Assembly (NCBI RefSeq): GCF_009914755.1
Contig: NC_060925.1
Strand: one strand, 5' to 3'
From: the human T2T-CHM13v2.0 reference genome, Homo sapiens
DNA length: 64,000 bases
In this document: positions 40,537 through 52,700 of the stretch, piece by piece
Layout of the letters: each line of letters begins with the position of its first letter
How positions within the stretch are numbered: position 1 is the stretch's first letter
Program-made: the position numbers and the translations under genes
Notes under the pieces: model-generated
Told to the model about the DNA's origin: nothing
Databases searched by the model: none
The model's input: only the letters and a program-made list of their open reading frames with translations

Positions 40537-40807
40537 CCTGTGCCATGAGAATGTCTGCCAGGAGGAGGTGCCAGTGCGGTTGCCCTGAGTCGATTTTGAT
40601 CAGCGCCTCCCCCACAGCAAGGAGGCCCTGGGTGTCCTTGTCCTCGAGAGGGGCCCCAGTGTCTGGCAGCTGGCTCAGAAGGGCCCGGCAGTGGGAGTAG
40701 AGGCCCTGTGTGATGAGGGCCTGGGCTTCCGGCTTCAGAGAGCGGAGCTCAGGGACCACAGTCCCGGGGCCGAGCTTCAGAGCAGAGACGATGTCGTCCA
40801 CGGCTTC
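40537..40807 (-). CDS. TTC34: TTC34 third-to-last coding exon (TPR-like helices)
   Basis: 271 nt, polypyrimidine-CAG| and G|GTATGC. Translates EAVDDIVSALKLGPG...HWHLLLADILMAQ-G and joins the next exon in frame. Confidence 0.9.
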
Positions 40808-41626
40808 CTGCAAGGAGGGAGGGCGGGCGGGTGCAGAGTTGTCCTAAGTAGAGAAACTGGGCAGAGGGTCAGAGTAGGAGGACTGGCTCTGTCTTTCTCA
40901 TTCCCTGATCTTCTCCCTGGGGTCCTAGAGGGTCTGAACACCCAGCTTCCTGCCCCTTCCTGCTTCTCTGTGGCTGCAGCCTCCTACCATCCCTCCTGAT
41001 TCTGGTTAGCATTTGAGGGGACTCAGCTCACTGACCTTGACTCTGAAAGTTGTCAGGCTCAGAACCCCTTTTCTGAGGCCAAACGCTGCTAATTTCCATC
41101 TCCTGAGGCTGCCTGCGGTCTGTGAGCCCTCCCTGGGTCCCTCGCTCTCCCAGCTTGTAGCTGGCTCCCTCCACGCCTGTCCCTCCCCACAGGGGCATCT
41201 GTCACCTCACAGTGGGGGACGCTGGAGCTCCTTGGGTATCCGGGTGCTGCTCCCAGTGCCTGTGGTCTTGGGGACGCCGGAAGGGTAGAAAGCCCAGTTA
41301 CTGCTCTCCCGTAACTCCCAGAAGCAGTGGAAGGAGGGTGCCCAGCCCATCTGGTGCACAATACCGCGCCTGGCCCTAACTATGCCTCTTTATATTATCT
41401 TTCTAGCAATTGCCTTGTGGATTACAATACGTAGCCTTACAGCTATGAACAAGCCCCCAGCTCCCAGGTGAGCACCCTACCACAGTCTATGTACAGTTAA
41501 TATGGGGCCACTTTACCTAATATGTGAGATCCCCACAGCAGTAAATTCCATTATTCCCATACTTTGTGTTATCGTTGTCCTACACTGAGCGATGCATTTC
41601 CTCACATAGTGCATTATTTCAAGTGA

Positions 41627-41963
<337 letters not shown>

Positions 41964-42586
41964 TAAAAGAAGAAATAAATACATCATTTTGTATTTGCAG
42001 ATGCTTTTCATTTCTTCCAGCAGAGAATTTCTATCAGGCATCAGTTCTCTTCAATTTCACCACCTTCCCTCAGGATCTGCTGTGGTGTCATTCACTGATG
42101 ACGAATCTCTCAGCTTCCATTTGTCTAACGGGTCTTTAATGTCACCCTCGTTTCTGAAGGACATTTTAACAAGATGGATAATTCTGGCTTGGTACTTTTT
42201 TCTTTTAGTGCCTTAAAGGTGCTGTCCCATTGTCTTCTGGGTTCCATTGTTTCTGGGACAAATCTGCTGTCATTCGTGTTGTTGTATGTCATTTGTTCAC
42301 CCCTCTGGTTGCTTTTAAGATGTTCTCTTTATCTTTTTTTTTCAGGAACTTGACCAAGATGTGCCTTCTTAGGGGTGGTTCTCTTTCTATTTTTCCTCTT
42401 GGGATTTGTTGAGCTTCTTGGGAATTTTTCTGCTGTTATTTCTTCAAATACCTGTGTATATTTGTCCCATTCATTCTCCGTATTCTCTGGGAGTCCAATC
42501 ACATGTATGCTAGATGGCCTGAAATTGTCCCACCGGTCACTGAAGGTTTCTTCATTTATTTTTTTAATTTTTAAAAGTTTTTTAGA

Positions 42587-42877
42587 GGCCAGGTGCAGTG
42601 GCTCACGCCTGTAATCCCAGCATGTTGGGAGGCTGAGGTGGGCAGATCCAGAGGTCAGGAGATCGAGACCATCCTGGCCAACATGGTGAAACCCCGTCTC
42701 TACTAAAAATACAATAAAAATACAAAACTTAGCCAGGCATAGTGGTGGGTGCCTGTAGTCCCAGCTACTCAGGAGGCTAAGGCAGGAGAATTGGTTGATC
42801 CCAGGAGGTGGAGGTTGCGGTGAGCTGAGATTGTGGCACTGCACTCCAGCCTAGGTGACAGAGTGAGACTCCATCTC
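42587..42877 (+). mobile_element. AluS lacking a poly(A) tail
   Basis: GGCCAGGTGCAGTGGCTCACGCC...GAGACTCCATCTC. Confidence 0.92.
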
Positions 42878-42887
42878 TTCTAGAAAA

Positions 42888-43025
42888 TTTTTTTTTCTTT
42901 CTTTTATTTTGAGAGGGAGTCTCACTCTGTCGCCCAGGCTGGTCTCAAACTCCTGGGCTCAAGTGATGCTGCCACTTCGCCCTCCCAAAGTACTGGAATT
43001 ACAGGTGTGAGCCATGATGCTCAGC
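42888..43025 (-). mobile_element. Short Alu (FLAM-like or internally deleted)
   Basis: T-rich tail followed by ~115 bp of reverse Alu monomer. Confidence 0.85.
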
Positions 43026-43799
43026 TCAGCTCTCATCGTTTGAAACAGAGTTTTGTTTTTTGTTTTTTGTTTTCCCTGCTTTTCCTTAGATTGGATAATT
43101 TCCTTAGATTGGATAATTTTCTTTGGTCTATACTTGAGTTCACTAATCCTGCTTTGGCAGTTTCCAATCTGCTGTTGTGCCTGCCTAGTAAGTTTTTAAT
43201 TCCAGATATGCTGCGTTTCAGATCTAGGATCTCCACTTGATTATTACTGTTTTTTTTTTTCATATTCCTCTGCTAGGATTCTCCATCAAGCTCACTCATT
43301 CTAGCAAACATTTCTTTTACATGTTTATGTCACTGCTTTTAAAAGCCCCTGTGTGTAAATTCCAAACCTCTAAGCCATCTCAGGGTCTGTTTCTATGAAG
43401 TACTTCTTCTCTTATTACGGGTCCCATTTCCCTGGTTCTCTGTGTGCCTAGCAGTTCTTGGTTTTGCGCTGGGCTCTGTGTCTGGCATGTGGTAGACAGG
43501 GCTGTGGTGCTGTCCTGCAAGGGGGCTGATTTCACTCTGGGGGGCAGGTAGATTACTGGTGGATCATTTTGGCCCTGCCAGGCTTTATCTTGTACTTTGC
43601 TAGGGGAGGATTCGTTTTTGAACTTAGTCCTAAAGTACAATCTTAATTTTAGGGTGTGGCCTTTCTGGGGTCTCAACTGAATGCCCAAGATGTTCAGAAA
43701 AGCCTCTCTGCGGCCTCCTGTCTCTCAGGTCACAGCTCTTTGCTGCCTGTTGTTTGGTGCCTGGAAACATTTGCTCATGCATTATATCCAGTTTATACA

Positions 43800-46700
43800 G
43801 CTGTCAGGAGCCTGGAATGGCACCCACATCCCCAGGTGAGCATCTGACAGCCTGGAACAGCACCCCACACCCCAGGGGAGCATCTTACAGCCTGGAACAG
43901 CACCCCACACCCCAGGGGAGCATCTTACAGCCTGGAATAGAACCCCACACCCACAGGTGAGCATCTGACAGCCTGGAACAGCACCGCACACTCCCAGGTG
44001 AGCACAGGTGAACATCTGACAGCCTGGAATGGCACCCACACTCACAGGTGAGTGTGGGACAGACTGGAGCAGCATTCTCCAGCCCCAGGTGAACTTGCGA
44101 CAATCCAAAACAGAACCCTACACACCCAGCTGAGCATCTGACAGCCAAGGATGGCACCCCACACACCTAGGGGAGCATCTTACAGCCTGGAACAGCACCC
44201 CACACCCCCAGGTGAGTATCTGACAGCCTGGGAATGCACCCCCACACCCAGTTGAGCATCTGAAACCCTATAGCACCACCCCCAACCAACAGGTGAAAAT
44301 CTTACAGCCTGGAACGGCACCTTCCACCCCCAGGTGAGCATCTTCCAGCCTGAAACAGCACCCCACACCCCCAGGTGAGTGTCTTACAGCCTGGAACGGT
44401 ATCCACACCCACAGATGAGTGTGTGACAGCCTAGAACAGCATTCTCCAACCCCAGGTGAGCTTGTGACAATCTGGAACAGGACCCCACAACCCCAGGTGA
44501 GCATCTGACAGCCTAAAACAGCACCCTCCACCCTTAGGTGATCATTTGACAGCCAGGAATGACAACCCACATAAGCATCTGACAGCCTAGAACGGCACCC
44601 CCCAGTTAGGTGAGAATCTGAATGCCTGGATCAACGCTCAAACCTTCAGGTGAGCACCTGACAGCCTGGAACAGCAGTGCCCATACCCAGGTGAGCATCT
44701 GAAACCCTCCAGCAGCACTCACCACCCCAAGGTGAGCATTTGACAGCCTGGAACAGCACCCTTCATGTTCAGGTGAGCATCTGATGGTTTTGTTTTATTT
44801 TGAGATGGAGTCTCTCTCTGTCGCCCAGGCTACAGGCCAGTGGTGCGATCTTGGCTCACTGCAACCACCGCCCCCAGGTTTAATCGATTCTCCTGCCTCA
44901 GCCTCCTGAGTAGCTGCGACTACAGGCTGATTTTTGTATTTTTAGTAGAGACGGGGTTTCACCATGTTGACCAGGCTGGTCTTGAACTCCTGGTGATCCA
45001 CCCACCTCGGCCTCCCAAAGTGCTGGGATTACAAGCACGAGTCATCGCACCTGGCTGATCATCTGACAGTTTTAAATGGCACCTCACACCCTCAGGTGAG
45101 CATCTGACAGCCTGGAATGGCACTCTGCATCCCCAAGTGAGCTTCTGACAGCCTGGAATGGCACTCTGCATCCCCAGGTGAGCATCTGACAGCCTGGAAT
45201 GGCACTCTGCATCCCCAAGTGAGCTTCTGACAGCCTGGAATGGCACTCTGCATCCCCAGGTGAGCATCTGACAGCCTGGAATGGCACTCTGCATCCCCAG
45301 GTGAGCCTCTGACAGCCTGGAATGGCACTCTGCATCCCCAGGTGAGCATCTGACAGCCTGGAATGGTACTCTACACCCTCAGGTGAGCTTCTGACAGCCT
45401 GGAATGGCACTCTACACCCTCAGGTGAGCTTCTGACAGCCTGGAATGGCACTCTACACCCTCAGGTGAGCATCTGACAGCCTGGAATGGCACTCTACATC
45501 CCCAGGTGAGCTTCTGACAGCCTGGAATGGCACCCCACACCCTCAGGTGAGCATCTGACAGCCTGGAATGGCACTCTACACCCTCAGGTGAGCATCTGAC
45601 AGCCTGGAATGGCACTCTACATCCCCAGGTGAGCATCTGACAGCCTGGAACAGCACCTCACACCCACAGGTGAGTGTGTGACAGCCTGGAACAGCATTCT
45701 CCAACCCCAGGTGAGCTTGTGACAATCTGGAACAGGACCCCACTACCCCAGGTGAGCATGTGATAGCCGAAAACAGCACCCTCCACCCCCAGGGGATCAT
45801 CTGATAGCCAAGAATGGCACTACTACCCTGAGGTGAGAATCTGACAGCCTGGATCAGCACTTCGACCTTCAGGTGAGTGTCTGAGAGCCTGCAACAGCAC
45901 CCCACACCCCCAGGTGAGCATCTGACAGTCGGGAACAGCACCTCACACCCACAGATGAGACTCTGACAACGTAGAATGTCACCCTGACCCCCAGGTGAGC
46001 ATCTGAAACCCTGGATCAGCTCTCCCCCATGCAAGGTGAGCATCTGACAGCAGGAAACAGCACTTGACACCCCCAGGTGAGCCTCTGACAGCCTGAAACC
46101 AGACCCACACCACAGGTGAGCAGCTGACAGGCTGCAACAGCACCCACACCCCCAGGTGAGCATCTGACAGCCCTAAATGACACCCCAACCCCCCAGGTGA
46201 GCATCACACCATCCAAATGGCACCCCAAACCCCCAATAAGCATCTGATAGCCTGAAACAGCACTCCACGCCTTCGGGGGGGCATCTGACAGCCTAGAACG
46301 GTATGTCACACCCCCAGGTAAGCATCAGAAAGCCTGGAACGGCACCCCAAACCCCCAGGTGAGCAACTTTGCAGCCTGGGACAGTACCCTCCAGCACCAG
46401 GTGAGCACTTCACAGCCTAAAACTGCACCTCACAGGCCAAGGTGAGCATCTGACTGCCTGGAACGGCACTCACACCCCGAGGTGAATGTGTGACAGCCTG
46501 AAACAGCATTCTCCAATCCCAGGTGAGGATCTGACAACCTGGAATAGAACTCCACACCGGCAGGTGAGCATCTGACAGCATTGAATGGCACCCAAACCCA
46601 TAGATGAGTATGGGACAGACTGGAGCAGCATTCTCCAGCCCCAGGTGAACTTGTGACAATCCGAAACACAACCCCACACACGCAGGTAAGCATCTGACAG

Positions 46701-49700
46701 CCAAGGACGCCACCCCACACACCCAGGTGAGCATCTGACAGCCTAGAATGGCACCACCACACTTAGGTGAGAATCTGACAGCCTGGATCAGCACTTCAAT
46801 CTTCAGCTGAGTGTCTGAGAGCCTGGAACAGCACCCCACACCCCCTGGTGAGTATCTGACAGCTTGGAACATCACCCTGCATACCAGGAGGGCATCTGAC
46901 AGCCTGGGAAGTCACCCCCACACCCAGGTGAGCATCTGAAACCCTACAGCACCACCCCTCTCCAACCTTCAGGTGATTATCTGACAACCTAGAACAGCAC
47001 CCTCCACCCTCAGATGAGCATCTGACAGCCGGAAAAACACCCTCCACCACCAGGTGATCATCGGACAGCCTGGAACGGTACCACCAATTAGGTGAGCCTC
47101 TGATGGACTCAAACAACAACTCACGATTTTGGGTGAGCAGCTGAGAAACTAAGTTGGCACCCTGCACTCAGGGGAGCATCTGACAGCCTGAAGCAGCACC
47201 TTCCACCTCTAAGTGAGCATCTGATGGTCTGGAGCAGCATCCATACCCCAGGTGAGCATCTGACAGGCTGGAACAGCACCCACACCCACAGGTGAGCATC
47301 TGACAGGCTGGAACAGCACCCACACCCCCAGGTGAGCATCCGACAGCCTGGAGCAGCACCCACACGCCCAGGTGAGCAACTGACAGCCTGGAACAGCACC
47401 CACACCCCCAGGAGAGCATCTGACAGCCTGGAGCAGAACCCACACCCACAGGCGAGCATCTGACAGCCTGGGTCGGCACCCACACCCCCAGGTGAGCATC
47501 TGATGGTCTGGAGCAGCACCCACACCCACAGGTGAGCATCTGACAGCCTGGAACACAACCCACACCCCCAGGTGAGCATCTGACAGACTGGAACAGCACC
47601 CTGCACCCCCAAGTGAGCATCTGACGGCCTGGAACAGCACCCACACCCCCAGGTGAGCATCCGACAGCCTGGAACAGCACCCACACCCCCAGGTGAGCAT
47701 CCGACAGCCTGGAGCAGCACCCACACCCCCAGGTGAGCATCTGATATCCTGGAACAGCACGCACACCCCCAGGTGAGCATCTGACAGCCTGGAGCAGCAC
47801 GCACACCCCCAGTGAGCATCTGACAGCCTGGAACAGCACCCACACCCCCAGGTGAGCATCCGACAGCCTGGAGCAGAACCCACACCCCCAGGCGAGCATC
47901 TGACGGCCTGCAACAGCACCCACACCTCCAGGCGAGCATTGGAAAGCCTGGAGCAGCACCCACACCCCCAGGTGAGCATTGGACAGCCTGGAGCAGCACC
48001 CAGAAGCCCAGGCGAGCATCCGACAGCCTGGAGCAGCATCCACACCCCCAGGTGAGAACCTGACATCGTGGAGCAGCAGCCCACACCCACAGGTGAGCAT
48101 CTGACAGCCTGGAGGAGCACCCACACCCCCAGGTGAGCATCTGACAGACTGGAACAGCACCCTGCACCCCCAGGTGAGCATCCGACAGCCTGGAGCAGCA
48201 ACCACACCCCCAGGCGAGCATCTGACAGCCTGGAATGGCACCCACACCCCCAGGTGAGCATCTGATGGTCTGGAGCAGCACCCACAACCAAAGGTGAGCA
48301 TCGGAGAGTCTGGAGCAGCGCCCACACCCCCAGGCGAGCATCTGACAGCCTGGAGCAGTGCCCACACCCCCAGGTGAGAATGTGACAGCGTGGAGCAGCA
48401 CCCACAGCCCAAGGTGAGCATCTGACAACCTGGAGCAGCAACCACACCCCCAGGCGAGTATCTGAACGCACGGAGCAGCACCAAAACCCCTAGGGGAGCA
48501 TCCGACAGCCTGGAGCAGCACCCACACCCCCAGGTGCGCATCTGATGGTCTGGAGCAGCACCCACACCCACAGGTGAGCATCTGACAGCCTGGAACAGAA
48601 CCCACACCCCCAGGTGAACATCTGACAGACTGGAACAGCACCCACATGCCCAGGTGAGCCTCTGACAACCTGGAACAGCACCCTGCACCCCCAGGTGAGC
48701 ATCTGACAGCCTGGAACAGCACACACACCCCCAGGTGAGCATCTGACAACCTGGAACAGCACCCACACCCCCAGGCGAGCATCTGACAGCATGTAACAGC
48801 ACCCACACCCCCAGGTGAGCATCTGACAGCCTGGAACACCAGCCTGCACCCCCAGGTGTGCACGTGACAGCCTGGAACAGCACCCACACCCCCAGGCGAG
48901 CATCTGATGGCCTGGAACAGCACCCACACCCCCAGGTGAGTATCTGACGGCCAGGAATAGCACCCACACCCGCAGGTGAGCATCTGACATCGTGGAGCAG
49001 CACCCCACACCCACAAGTGAGCATCTGACAGCCTGGAGCAGCATCCACACCCCCAGGCGAGCATCTGACAGCCTGGAACAGCACCCACACCCCCAGGTGA
49101 GCATCTGATGGTCTGGAGCAGCACCCACAACCACAAGTGAGCATCGGAGAGTCTGGAGCAGCGCCCACACCCCCAGGCGAGCATCTGACAGCCTGGAGCA
49201 GTGCCCACACCCCCAGGTGAGCATCTGACAGCATGGAGCAGCACCCACAGCCCAAGGTGAGCATCTGATGGTCTGGAGCAGCACCCACACCCACAGGTGA
49301 GCATCCGACAGCCTGGAGCAGCACCCACACCCCCAGGTGAGCATCTGATGGTCTGGAGCAGCACCCACAACCACAGGTGAGCATCGGAGAGTCTGGAGCA
49401 GTGCCCACACCCCCAGGCGAGCATCTGACAGCCTGGAGCAGTGCCCACACCACCAGGTGAGCATCTGACAGCGTGGAGCAGCACCCACAGCCCAAGGTGA
49501 GCATCTGACAATCTGGAGCAGCACCCACACCCCCAGGCGAGCATCTGAACGCACGGAGCAGCACCCACACCCCCAGGCGAGCATCCGACAGCCTGGAGCA
49601 GCACCCACACACCCAGGTGAGCATCTGACAGCCTGGAGCAGCACCCACACCACCAGGTGAGCATCTGACAGCCTGGAAAAGCACCCTGCACCCCCAGGTG

Positions 49701-52700
49701 AGCATCTGACAGTCTGGAACAGCACCCATACGCTCAGATGAGCATCTGACAGCCTGGAACAGGACCCTGCACCCCCAGGTGAGCATCTGACAGTCTGGAA
49801 CAGCACCCACACACCCAGGCGAGCATCTGACAGCCTGGAACAGCACCCATACGCCCAGATGAGAATCAGACGGCCTGGAAAAGCAGCCTGCACCCCCAGG
49901 TGCGCACCTGACAGCCTGGAACAGCACCCACACCCCCAGGCGAGCATCTGACGGCCTGGAACGGCACCCACACCCCCAGGTGAGCATCCGACATCCTGAA
50001 ACAGCTCCCACACCCCCAGGTGAGCATCCGACAGCCTGGAGCAGCACCCACACCCCCAGGTGAGTATCTGACCGCAAGGAATGGCATCCTCACCTCCAGG
50101 TGAGCATCGGACAGCCTGGAGCAGCACCCACACCCCTAGGTGAGCATCTGACAGCCTGGAACAGCAACCACACCCCGGGGCGAGCATCTGACAGCCTGGA
50201 ACAGCAACCACACCCCGGGGCGAGCATCTGACAGCCTGGAACAGCAACCACACCCCCAGGCAAGCATCTGACAGCCTGGAACAGAACCCTGCACCCGCGA
50301 GTGAGGATCAGACAGCCTGGAGCAGCACCCACACTCCAGGTGAGCATCTGACAGCCTGAAGCAGCACCCACACCAACAGGTGAGCATCTGACAGCCTGGA
50401 ACAGCACCCACACCCCCAGGTGAGCATCTGACAGCCTGGAACAGCTCTCACAACCCCAGGTGAGCATCTGACAGCCCAGAACAGCACGCTGCACCCCCAA
50501 GTGAGCACCTGACAGCCTGGAGCAGCAACCACACCCCCAGGTGAGCATCCAACAGCCTGGAACAGCACCGACACCCCCAGGTGAGCATCCGACAGCCTGG
50601 AGCAGCACCCACACCCCCAGGTGAGCATCTGATATCCTGGAACAGCACCCACACCCCCAGGTGAGCATCTGACAGGCTGGAGCAGCACGCACACCCCCAG
50701 TGAGCATCTTACAGCCTGCAACAGCTCTCACAACCCCAGGTTAGCATCTGACAGCCTGGAACAGCACGCTGCACCCCCAAGTGAGCATCTGACAGCCTGG
50801 AGCAGCAACCACACCCCCAGGTGAGCATCTGACAGCCTGGAACAGCACCCTGCACCCCCAGGTGAGCATCCGAAAGCCTGGAGCAGCACCCACACCCCCA
50901 CGCGAGCATCTGACAGCCTGGAATGGCACCCACACACCCAGGTGAGCATCTGATGGTCTGGAGCAGCACCCACAACCACAGGTGAACATCGGAGAGTCTG
51001 GAGCAGCGCCCACACCCCCAGGCGAGCATCTGACAGCCTGGAGCAGTGCCCAAACCCCCAGGTGAGCATCTGACAGCGTGGAGCAGCACCCACAGCCCAA
51101 GGTGAGCATCTGACAACCAGGAGCAGCACCCACACCCCCAGGCGAGCATCTGAACGCACGGAGCAGCACCCACACCTCCCGGCGAGCATCCGACAGCCTG
51201 GAGCAGCACCCACACCCCCAGGTGCGCATCTGATGGTCTGGAGCAGCACCCACACACACAGGTGAGCATCTGAGAGCCTGGAACAGAACCCACACCCCCA
51301 GGTGAGCATCTGACAGACTGGAACAGCACCCACATGCCCAGGTGAGCCTCTGACAGCCTGGAACAGCACCCTGCACACCCAGGTGAGCATCTGACAGCCT
51401 GGAACAGCACGCACACACCCAGGTGAGCATCTGAAAGCCTGGAAGAGCACCCACACCCCCAGGCGAGCATCTGACAGCATGCAACAGCACTCACACCCCC
51501 AGGTGAGCATCTGACAGCCTGGAACAGCACCCTGCACCCCCAGGTGCGCACGTGACAGGCTGGAACAGCACCCACACACCCAGGTGAGCATCTGACAGCC
51601 TGGAGCAGCACCCTGCATCCCCAGGTGAGCATCTGACAGCCTGGAACAGCACCCTGCACCCCCAGGTGAGCATCTGACACCCTGGAACACCACACACACC
51701 CCCAGGCGAGCATCTGACAACCTGCAATAGCACCCATACGCCCAGATGAGCATCTGACAGCCTGGAACAGCACCCTGCACCCCCAGGCGAGCATCTGACA
51801 GCCTGGAACAGCACCCATACGCCCAGATGAGCATCTGACAGCCTGGAACAGCACCCTACATCCCCAGGTGTGCACCTGACAGCCTGGAACAGCACCCACT
51901 CACCCAGGGGAGCATCTGATGGCCTGGAATGGCACCCACACCCCCAGGTGAGCATCCGACATCCTGAAACAGCTCCCACAATCCCAGGTGAGCATCCGAC
52001 AGCCTGGAGCAGCACCCATACCCCCAGGTGAGCATCTGACCGCATGGAATGGCATCCTCACCTCCAGGTGAGCATCCGACAGCCTGGAGCAGCACCCACA
52101 CCCCCAGGTGAGCATCTGACAGCCTGGAATAGCAACCACACCCCCAGGCGAGCATCTGACAGCCGGGAACAGCACCCTGCACCCCCGGGTGAGGATCAGA
52201 CAGCCTGGAGCAGCACCCACACTCCAGGTGAGCATCTGACAGCCTGAAGCAGCACCCACACCCCCAGGTGAGCATCTGACAGCCTGGAACAGCACCCTGC
52301 ACCCCCAAGTGAGCATCTGACCACCTGGAGCAGCAACCACACCCCCAGATGAGCATCCGACAGCCTGGAACTGCACCCACACCCCCAGGTGTGCATCCGA
52401 CAGCCTGGAGCAGCACCCACACCCCCAGGTGAGCATCTGACAGCCTGGAACAGCACCCACACCCCCAGGTGAGCATCCGACAGCCTGGAGCAGCACCCAC
52501 ACCCCCAGGTGAGGATCTGACAGCCTGGAACAGCACCCACACCCCCAGGTGAGCATCCGACAGCCTGGAGCAGCACCCACACACCCAGGCGAGCATCTGA
52601 CAGCCTGGCACAGCACCCACCCCCCCAGGTGAGCATCTGATATCCTGGAACAGCACCCACACCCCCAGGTGAGTATCTGACAGGCTGGAGCAGCACGCAC

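Larger units (their letters stand above)
42000..43795 (-). mobile_element. Old L1M 5'/ORF1 remnant hosting the two Alus and abutting the 40-bp array
   Basis: Minus-strand translation retains ORF1-like fragments (IHVIGLPE...[10 protein letters not shown]; ILDLKRSISGIKNLL..HNSRLETAK). Confidence 0.65.

Noticed and set aside
43081-43118. 19-bp perfect tandem duplication TTTCCTTAGATTGGATAAT
   Set aside because: Real, but it lies inside a dead L1 fragment with no sign of function.
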